Part shown: positions 57,200 through 63,530 of the stretch, in pieces
Layout of the letters: each line of letters opens with the position of its first letter
Position numbering within the stretch: position 1 is the stretch's first letter
NCBI GenBank assembly: GCA_003650285.1
Contig: QMOQ01000001.1
Coordinates: 1-63,530 of the forward strand
Length of the DNA: 63,530 nt
Direction of reading: 5' to 3'
Source: Caldisericota bacterium
Lineage (GTDB): Bacteria > Caldisericota > Caldisericia > Caldisericales > Caldisericaceae
The notes under the pieces: generated by a model
Databases searched by the model: none
Told to the model about the DNA's origin: nothing
What the model saw: the letters and a program-made list of their open reading frames with translations, nothing else
Translations under genes and position numbers: made by a program

Positions 57200-58546
57200 A
57201 TGGATATTTTGACACTAAATTGTGGTAGTTCATCAGCAAAATATCAATTGTACAGGTGGAAAGAAAAAAGAATTCTTGCAAAAGGAATTGTAGAAAGAGT
57301 AACCATCGGTGGCTCATTTATCAGCCATGAGGTTATGGGCAAAGAAAAAGTAAAGGTAGAACGAGAATGTCCCACTCATAAGGAAGCCATTGCACTCATT
57401 ATGGAAATGCTAATACACCCGGAATACGGAGTTATTGACAATGTATCTCAAATACAAGCAGTAGGGCACAGGGCGGTACACGGCGGAGAAAAATTCAAAA
57501 AATCGGTCATCGTTAACGACGAAGCAATGAACACATTTAAAGAACTTGCAGATCTTGCCCCGCTACACAACCCCCCAAATATTATGGGTATCGAGGCAGC
57601 ACAGCAACTCATACCAAACATTCCTCATATGGCAATTATGGACACGGCATGGCACCAAACAATGCCAAATTTTTCATACATATATGCCCTTCCGTACGAA
57701 TGGTACGAAAAAGACCATATAAGAAGGTACGGCTTCCACGGAACTTCGCTTCTTTATGTCGCCAAAAGAGCCTCAGTACTTCTTGGAAAAGATCCCTTTA
57801 AAACAAACATCGTTTCAGCACATATTGGGAACGGTGTAAGCTTTAATGCTGTAAAAAACGGTGTTTCCTTTGACACAAGCATGGGCTTTACTCCTCTGGA
57901 AGGAGCAGTAATGGGAACTCGTGTAGGCGATCACGATGTTGGAATTGACCTATATATGATGGAAAAATTAGGACTTTCACCAAGTGAAATGAACAAAATA
58001 TTGAACAAAAAAAGCGGAGTTTTAGGGATTACTGGCAAGTACACAGACAGAAGGGATATAGAAATTGCAGCAAAAAAAGGAGACGAACGCGCTAAACTTG
58101 CCATCGAAATTGAAGGATACAGAGGCAAAAAATATATCGGCGCCTATATGGCAGCACTGGGACATACTGATGCCATCGTATTTACAGCAGGGGTAGGAGA
58201 AATGAGTCCGACAATCAGAAATAAGATGATCCAGGGACTTGAAGAATTTGGCGTGATAATAAACAAAGAAAAAAACGAACTTTCCCGCACAAGAAACACA
58301 GAAACAGACATCACGGGAAAGGATTCAAAAGTAAAAATATTTGTTATTCCGACAGACGAAGAACTCGTAATGACAGAGGATACTGTAGCACTGCTTGAGG
58401 GAAGATATGACGTACACACAAATTTCCGTTATTCATTTCAGGATCCACACTATGTAAATAAATTGAGAGAAGAAAGCTTTAAGAAAAGTTTAGAAAAAAA
58501 TCCAGAACTTGCTGAAATTAAAGCAAAAATACCCGGAATAGATTAA
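57200..58546 (+). CDS. ackA: Acetate kinase (with a roughly 45-50 aa C-terminal extension)
   Basis: The LNCGSSSAKYQ N-terminus and ASKHA motifs are present. The ATG immediately follows the rex TAA, and the SD AGGAGG lies inside the rex 3' end. Confidence 0.9.
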   Translation: MDILTLNCGSSSAKYQLYRWKEKRILAKGIVERVTIGGSFISHEVMGKEKVKVERECPTHKEAIALIMEMLIHPEYGVIDNVSQIQAVGHRAVHGGEKFKKSVIVNDEAMNTFKELADLAPLHNPPNIMGIEAAQQLIPNIPHMAIMDTAWHQTMPNFSYIYALPYEWYEKDHIRRYGFHGTSLLYVAKRASVLLGKDPFKTNIVSAHIGNGVSFNAVKNGVSFDTSMGFTPLEGAVMGTRVGDHDVGIDLYMMEKLGLSPSEMNKILNKKSGVLGITGKYTDRRDIEIAAKKGDERAKLAIEIEGYRGKKYIGAYMAALGHTDAIVFTAGVGEMSPTIRNKMIQGLEEFGVIINKEKNELSRTRNTETDITGKDSKVKIFVIPTDEELVMTEDTVALLEGRYDVHTNFRYSFQDPHYVNKLREESFKKSLEKNPELAEIKAKIPGID

Positions 58547-58617
58547 CACTGAATTATAATCAAAGTGTCACTGCCTATTTTCTTGTTTCAGGCAGCAGCA
58601 ATCAAACAAAGTGAATT

Positions 58618-58640
58618 AAAGCCCTCTTACGAGGGCTTTT
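58618..58640. terminator. Rho-independent terminator shared by convergent ackA and rlmH
   Basis: AAA-GCCCTC-TTAC-GAGGGC-TTTT. Confidence 0.8.
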
Positions 58641-58746
58641 GCTTCTCAAAAATGTGCCTAAACAATGTTTTATTAATCAACAGTGTAGTAAAGAACCGGC
58701 AACCGGAATACACACGGCATGCATCTCAATTGTTGTGGCATAAAAT

Positions 58747-59166
58747 TTATTTATGATACTTCTCGCCTCTTATAATAGTGAACGCTCGGTAAATCTGTTC
58801 AACAAGCACCATTCTCGCCATTTCATGCGGAAGAGTCATCTTTGAAAGCGAAAGAAAAAAATCAGCTCTTTTTCGGAACTCATCAGAAAACCCTTCTGAC
58901 CCTCCCACAAAAAACACAATGTCCTTCGCAGAAGAGATCATCATTTTCTCTATAAACAAAGCAAATGCAGCAGATGTAAGCGCTTTTCCTTTTTCATCAA
59001 GCAAAACATTAAAAGCATCAACATCAATAAATCGGCTAAGATGTTCTTCTTTTATCTCAACTACTTCAAAAGGAATGTAGTGAACAAGTCGCTTTGAATA
59101 ATCCAATATGCCTTTCCTTATGTACTCCTTTTTTATTTTGCCGACTGCAATAATTTTTATTCGCAT
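58747..59166 (-). CDS. rlmH: 23S rRNA (pseudouridine1915-N3)-methyltransferase RlmH (SPOUT)
   Basis: 139 aa. The motifs MRIKIIAVGKIK...GGSEGFS...SLSKMTLPH are present. Confidence 0.85.
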   Translation of the reverse strand: MRIKIIAVGKIKKEYIRKGILDYSKRLVHYIPFEVVEIKEEHLSRFIDVDAFNVLLDEKGKALTSAAFALFIEKMMISSAKDIVFFVGGSEGFSDEFRKRADFFLSLSKMTLPHEMARMVLVEQIYRAFTIIRGEKYHK

Positions 59167-59206
59167 GTCCTATTTTAAATTTTTTTAGAATTTAGTAAAA
59201 TAAAGT

Positions 59207-60220
59207 ATGAAAAATAAAATACCTGAAATTAAAAACAACTGCGTTAAATTTATCTACAATGGAATAGCAAAAAAAGTGTCTATTGTGGGAGATTTTAACA
59301 ATTGGGAAAAAGAATCTTTATTTCGAATAGAAGAAAATGAATGGGCTATAACAAAAGAATTCCCTTCAAATGCACGGTTTGATTACAAGTTCATCGTGGA
59401 TAAAGAAGAAATACTGGATCCCTTGAACCCAAATAAAATTGAAGGGGGCTTTGGTTTTAATTCCGAATTGCAAATGCCCCGTTTTCATTATCCTGTTGCA
59501 ACAAGGTTTCATCAGAATATTCCTCACGGGACTATTAAAAAATATACAATCGGTAGCAGTAATCATTGTAATTACAAACGGGATATTTATCTCTATAAAC
59601 CATATAAATCACCACATAAAAAGTCTCCACTGCTCATCTTCCAGGACGGTTTAGAATACATCATATTTGGCTCAGCACGAAATACATTAGATTATCTTAT
59701 ATATAAAGAAGAAATACCAGATACATACGCCTTATTTGTCGATATACGCAAAGAAAATCGACCAAAAGAGTACTCTCCTAACTCATGTTACGGAGAGTTC
59801 CTCATAGAAATCATTCAATTTGCAGAAAAAAAAGCCGACATAAAATTCGACAAAAAATACCTCGTCGGGGTTTCTTTGGGCGGTTTTGTATCCGTTGCTC
59901 TCATTCTTAAATATCCCGATCTATTTAACGGGGCCATTTCACAGTCCGGTATTTTTCTCTTTGAAAAAGAAACAGATTTTGGTAATCTCAACAAAAAAAT
60001 CATCTATATGGATAGCGGAAAATACGAAACAAAGGCAGCCAGTTCGTTAAATATACTTAACCTGAACAAAAAATACAAACAAAAATTCAAAAAAAGCGGG
60101 GCTTTAGTTCTTTACAAAAAATGGAATGACGGGCACTCCTGGGGTAATTGGAAAGCACATCTTCCACTTGCTCTAAAATATATTTTTACTTCGGGGCATA
60201 CCAAACACAACCCGAAGTAA
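59207..60220 (+). CDS. Esterase-family alpha/beta hydrolase with an N-terminal CBM48/E-set-like domain
   Basis: The N-terminus VSIVGDFNNWEK...FDYKFIVD is CBM48/AMPK-beta-like. The nucleophile elbow GVSLGG is present. Confidence 0.7.
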   Translation: MKNKIPEIKNNCVKFIYNGIAKKVSIVGDFNNWEKESLFRIEENEWAITKEFPSNARFDYKFIVDKEEILDPLNPNKIEGGFGFNSELQMPRFHYPVATRFHQNIPHGTIKKYTIGSSNHCNYKRDIYLYKPYKSPHKKSPLLIFQDGLEYIIFGSARNTLDYLIYKEEIPDTYALFVDIRKENRPKEYSPNSCYGEFLIEIIQFAEKKADIKFDKKYLVGVSLGGFVSVALILKYPDLFNGAISQSGIFLFEKETDFGNLNKKIIYMDSGKYETKAASSLNILNLNKKYKQKFKKSGALVLYKKWNDGHSWGNWKAHLPLALKYIFTSGHTKHNPK

Positions 60221-60229
60221 GGGAAAATA

Positions 60230-61411
60230 ATGATTATAAGAAAAATAAAAAAAGAATCGCTTTTAAAGGAACTCAAACTAATCGGAGTAGATGAAAGAGC
60301 TTTTGACATATTCGAAGGCAAAAGCAACCTGATACTTCTAAAACTGCACAACATCAACGCCAAAGGTGCAAATATTCTCAAGCAAGAATTTATCAGCGCA
60401 GGAGGAGATGTAGCAGTACACCAAGATGTTGCAAGCTGGAAAATATCCTCAACGGACTGCCTGTTAATAGGTACGCAGCACACATACAAAATAGTCCTGA
60501 AAAAACTTGCATTTGAACCTTTTTTTGGATTAGACAAAATAAGGGAACTGGTGCAGAAAACTATCGCATCCAAACAGCTCCCTGCATACAATATAAGAAA
60601 CAAAATATTTGATTTTGAAAAAGAAAAATTCATTATGGGCATCCTGAATATCACCCCTGATTCTTTTTCCGATGGCGGCCTGTACAACAGCATCGAAAAA
60701 GCATTAAAGCACACACAAACAATGATCCAAGAAGGAGCAGATATTATAGACATAGGCGGCGAATCCACGCGCCCCGGTGCAGAAAAAATAACCAAAGAAG
60801 AAGAAAAGAAAAGAACAATACCAATAATAAAAGAAATCAGGAAAAATTTTCCAGACATACCCATCTCAATAGACACCTACAAAGCATCCGTTGCCGAAGA
60901 AGCGCTTAAAAACGGTGCAGACATCGTTAACGACATTAGCGGATTACAATTTGACGAGAAAATGCAAGACATTGCAAGAGAATTCGACGCACCAGTAATT
61001 ATAATGCATATAAAAGGCACTCCCAAAAATATGCAGCAAGACCCACACTACGAAGATATAATGAAAGAACTTTTGGAATACTTTGACAAAAGAATAAATG
61101 CACTAACAAGCTCCGGCATCAAAAAAATCATTATTGACCCCGGCATTGGATTCGGAAAAAGATTGGAAGACAACCTGAAAATCATAAAAAATATAGACGA
61201 ATTCAGTATCTTTAACCTGCCTGTCCTTCTCGGCGTTTCGCGGAAATCATTTATCGGAAGTGTTCTTAACAAAACGGTAGAAAACAGGCTTTACGGCTCT
61301 ACCGCGGCAAATGCGTATGTACTGCTGAGAGGTGCGAATATCATAAGGGTTCACGACATTACGCCGCATAAAGATTTAATCAAAATACTAAAAGCAATAG
61401 AAAATGCATAG
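60230..61411 (+). CDS. folP: Dihydropteroate synthase with a roughly 130-aa N-terminal extra domain
   Basis: The pterin-binding core starts near residue 134 (IMGILNITPDSFSDGG; DIGGESTRPGA; GFGK). Confidence 0.9.
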   Translation: MIIRKIKKESLLKELKLIGVDERAFDIFEGKSNLILLKLHNINAKGANILKQEFISAGGDVAVHQDVASWKISSTDCLLIGTQHTYKIVLKKLAFEPFFGLDKIRELVQKTIASKQLPAYNIRNKIFDFEKEKFIMGILNITPDSFSDGGLYNSIEKALKHTQTMIQEGADIIDIGGESTRPGAEKITKEEEKKRTIPIIKEIRKNFPDIPISIDTYKASVAEEALKNGADIVNDISGLQFDEKMQDIAREFDAPVIIMHIKGTPKNMQQDPHYEDIMKELLEYFDKRINALTSSGIKKIIIDPGIGFGKRLEDNLKIIKNIDEFSIFNLPVLLGVSRKSFIGSVLNKTVENRLYGSTAANAYVLLRGANIIRVHDITPHKDLIKILKAIENA

Positions 61412-61862
61412 AGCGTTCATTGCAATCGGCACAAACCTCGGGGATAGAAAAAGAAACATCGAGTTTGCTATTAAAAAAATGGAAACAAATCAGATTGCCA
61501 TCATCAAAAAATCTCCCTCATACTCAACTATGCCATACGGTTATAAAAACCAGCCGATGTTTCTAAACTGCGTTGTAGAAACACAAACAGATTTGTCGGC
61601 AGAAGAGCTGTTGCACGCAGTTCAAAAAATAGAAAAAGAGATAGGAAGAACAAAAAAAATACGGTGGAGCCCAAGAATTATCGATTTAGACATCATATTT
61701 TTTGATAGCGACATCATAAACAAGCCAGACCTGCAAATACCGCATCCGGACATGCAAAACAGGGATTTTGTCTTAAAACCGTTAACAGACATCGCACCGG
61801 ATTTTGTACATCCCGTCCTTCACAAAACAATAAAAGAACTTTTAGAACAATTAACCAGCTAA
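61404..61862 (+). CDS. folK: 2-amino-4-hydroxy-6-hydroxymethyldihydropteridine diphosphokinase
   Basis: The HPPK motifs are present (AFIAIGTNLGDR, RWSPRIIDLDI, IPHP). It overlaps folP by 8 nt. Confidence 0.9.
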   Translation: MHRAFIAIGTNLGDRKRNIEFAIKKMETNQIAIIKKSPSYSTMPYGYKNQPMFLNCVVETQTDLSAEELLHAVQKIEKEIGRTKKIRWSPRIIDLDIIFFDSDIINKPDLQIPHPDMQNRDFVLKPLTDIAPDFVHPVLHKTIKELLEQLTS

Positions 61863-62656
61863 TTTCTCTTCCGAAGCGTGATAACTGTCAATTCAGGCAG
61901 AGACAAAAAACGTACAGGAATGTGGCTCGTGCCAATGCCCCGATTTACGTACAGATAAGTCCTTTCCACTCTGAATAATCCTGATAGAAAACGTGTTCCA
62001 AATTTAGAAGGTACATAAATAGCCGTTATAAACGGCACTTTAACCTGCCCTCCATGTGTGTGCCCGGAAAGCACAAGTTGAGGTTTGTATTTCACGGCAT
62101 CATAGATAATATCAGGACAGTGTGTAAGCATAACAACAAAACTGTTTTCAGGAATGCTTTTAAATGTCTTCTCAAGATCTTCATTCCCTGTAAATGAATC
62201 ATCCGTACCTGCAATAAACAGTTCTTTCCCGTTTCTTTCAATAACAGCGGACCCGTTTATAAGCACGGAGATCCCGCTATCCTCAATGCTTTTAACGAGA
62301 AAATCAAGATTTTGAACCCTATGGTCCCAATTACCCAATACAGCAAAGACATATCGACTCTTTTTCGCAATGTTTTTGCAAAAATCTTTGCCTAGCTCCG
62401 TCAATTTTTTGCCGTTAAAATCGCCGGTTATTGCAATCATATCGGGCTTTTCCTTATCTAACACTGTAAGAACCTTTTCATGAATACGAGTAAAAGAATA
62501 AAGATGAAAATCCGAAACTTGAACAATTTTAAACCCGTCAAACTCGTCAGGCAAATCATCAAACAACAAATCAAGCCGTTCAACCGAAAGCAAAAACGGC
62601 TCAACAAAAAATGCATAAAATAAAAAGAAAATAAATATAACAACTACTATAATCAT
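61859..62656 (-). CDS. Membrane-anchored metallophosphoesterase (YkuE-like)
   Basis: An N-terminal TM is present. The phosphoesterase motifs are present (VSDFHL, GDFNG, GNWDH, GHTHGG). Confidence 0.8.
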   Translation of the reverse strand: MIIVVVIFIFFLFYAFFVEPFLLSVERLDLLFDDLPDEFDGFKIVQVSDFHLYSFTRIHEKVLTVLDKEKPDMIAITGDFNGKKLTELGKDFCKNIAKKSRYVFAVLGNWDHRVQNLDFLVKSIEDSGISVLINGSAVIERNGKELFIAGTDDSFTGNEDLEKTFKSIPENSFVVMLTHCPDIIYDAVKYKPQLVLSGHTHGGQVKVPFITAIYVPSKFGTRFLSGLFRVERTYLYVNRGIGTSHIPVRFLSLPELTVITLRKRN

Positions 62657-63171
62657 GCTACACTGAAAAGCTTCTTAATACAGCTCAGGGAAAAGTTAAA
62701 CATAGGAACTTCTCTCATATATTTAAAATAAGTGCTTCCAAACTTCTTAATTGCTTCTGGTTCTTCAATTTGTTTAATCATTATATAAATTATAAGAATG
62801 TTTACCGGTGCATAGATAATAACATATGAAAAAGAATTCAAAAGAAATGCAACACCCTCTGGCATAAGCATCAACCCAAGGTGCATTGGATGCCTCATAC
62901 AGCCGTAAGGACCAAAAGTAACAAGTGTATCCGTATCAAACCTTGAAGTATTTTTTCCTTTATGCCCATATTTTTTTAATGTTTTTCCTGTACTGCGAGA
63001 AATAAGAACAGATAAAATAAGAAGAAAAAACCCCAACATCCTTCCAAAAAATCCAAAACCTAATACAAAACCCATCTTTCTTAAGAAGAAATCTGTAATA
63101 AAGGAAAATGTAATCCCTGCCACAAAAAATATTGCCCACATAATCCACCTAAACGTTAAACTCACTTTCAT
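62653..63171 (-). CDS. Isoprenylcysteine carboxyl / phospholipid methyltransferase-family membrane protein
   Basis: 172 aa, polytopic. A motif typical of the ICMT/PEMT family is present (GPYGCMRHPMHLG). Confidence 0.7.
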   Translation of the reverse strand: MKVSLTFRWIMWAIFFVAGITFSFITDFFLRKMGFVLGFGFFGRMLGFFLLILSVLISRSTGKTLKKYGHKGKNTSRFDTDTLVTFGPYGCMRHPMHLGLMLMPEGVAFLLNSFSYVIIYAPVNILIIYIMIKQIEEPEAIKKFGSTYFKYMREVPMFNFSLSCIKKLFSVA

Positions 63172-63219
63172 TTGTTCATCATCTCCTTAATGATATAATA
63201 CGGAAAAGGAGATAAAATG

Positions 63220-63374
63220 AAAAATTACATTGCAAAAAGTCATGCAATGATGAAAAGTTTGCGTTAGTCGGAGATTTTAATGTAACACCAGAAAATACCG
63301 ATGTATAGGATTCTGAAGAATTAAAAAAGCCTTCTGATTATGCACCAGTTATTGCGAACTTTGCACTTTCTTGA
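63220..63374 (+). pseudogene. Decayed remnant of an exonuclease III / EEP-family nuclease gene
   Basis: Own translation of one frame, 63252-63374: EKFALVGDFNVTPENTDV*DSEELKKPSDYAPVIANFALS*. The GDFN motif and the C-terminal SDH/YxPV motif lie only about 20 codons apart (normally about 90). There is an in-frame TAG and an upstream frameshift. Confidence 0.5.
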
Positions 63375-63530
63375 ATATACTCTTTTACTTTATTCTCCGA
63401 AAGTTGTGGAAATTCGTCGTAATACGGAGACACTGCGTAAAAATATCTATCCACTATCGGACAAACAACTTCGCCAAGTTGTTTAAGCTTTTCATACCCA
63501 TCAAGCGAAGCAACAGGTACAGATACATAA
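63338..63530 (-). CDS. C-terminal fragment of an unidentified protein (gene continues beyond the window)
   Basis: Own reverse translation gives an open frame to the window edge: ...YVSVPVASLDGYEKLKQLGEVVCPIVDRYFYAVSPYYDEFPQLSENKVKEYIQESAKFAITGA*. I do not recognise the family. Confidence 0.4.
   Translation of the reverse strand, partial: YVSVPVASLDGYEKLKQLGEVVCPIVDRYFYAVSPYYDEFPQLSENKVKEYIQESAKFAITGA

Noticed and set aside
54887-58640. Two terminators share the core AAAGCCCTCT...AGGGCTTTT, raising the question of a dispersed repeat element
   Set aside because: Only the short GC stem is shared. The loops and flanks differ. This is consistent with convergent terminator design rather than a REP/MITE-type element.
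58565-58756. 63-aa plus-strand ORF, and a 22-aa minus-strand Cys-containing ORF, in the ackA/rlmH convergent spacer
   Set aside because: The 63-aa ORF has a GTG start and no SD, and it reads straight through the shared intrinsic terminator. The small minus-strand ORF also lacks an SD.
60112-60876. 254-aa ORF antisense to folP
   Set aside because: It lies entirely within and opposite a well-supported folP gene. Its composition is Ser/Phe/Ile-rich and low-complexity, as expected for antisense frames of AT-rich genes. It has no SD.
1-63530. Search for CRISPR arrays, IS elements/transposases, integrases, prophage genes, toxin-antitoxin pairs and defence-system signatures
   Set aside because: I found no spaced direct repeats and no long terminal inverted repeats. 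I found no recombinase or transposase motifs and no clusters of unknown genes. All intergenic gaps are 370 nt or shorter.

Overview
AT-rich bacterial chromosome segment, probably from an anaerobic amino-acid fermenter; the lineage cannot be named from sequence alone. It is tightly packed and mostly core housekeeping. About 40 kb (12305-51636) is co-oriented on the minus strand. Content: nucleobase catabolism (2Fe-2S subunit fragment, preT/preA); rsmI; the rimP-nusA-infB operon; a small plus-strand block (DUF4349, SIMPL, SAM-methyltransferase); pepT; a tRNA-modification run (ynbB-miaA-miaB-CCA enzyme-ymdB); ctc-prs-glmU; kbl-tdh; MTAP; tRNA-Ala(CGC); dtd-rel-apt-secFD; HD protein, UDG, M16 peptidase, pnp, rpsO, ribF, truB, ogt; cdaR-cdaA; sbcCD; a fermentation block (SDR, cupin, four-subunit 2-oxoacid:ferredoxin oxidoreductase, P-loop NTPase, buk, gdh, dNK, acyl-CoA dehydrogenase); ABC-F; a redox block (ArsR, AhpD-like, Lpd, Rex, AckA); rlmH; esterase; folP-folK; a phosphoesterase; an ICMT-like methyltransferase. 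I found no CRISPR array, IS element, integrase, phage module, toxin-antitoxin or defence-island architecture. The best candidates for something undescribed are modest. (1) An orphan GC-rich structured RNA behind a consensus promoter in the 165-nt leader of the methyltransferase gene (8899-9097), which I could not match to any riboswitch class I know. (2) A 26-bp TGTGA/TCACA palindrome in front of an ArsR/AhpD-like/Lpd/Rex/AckA cluster. (3) An uncharacterised SIMIBI-type P-loop NTPase translationally coupled inside the buk/oxidoreductase operon. All product calls rest on recognising motifs in the supplied translations. No database search was run.
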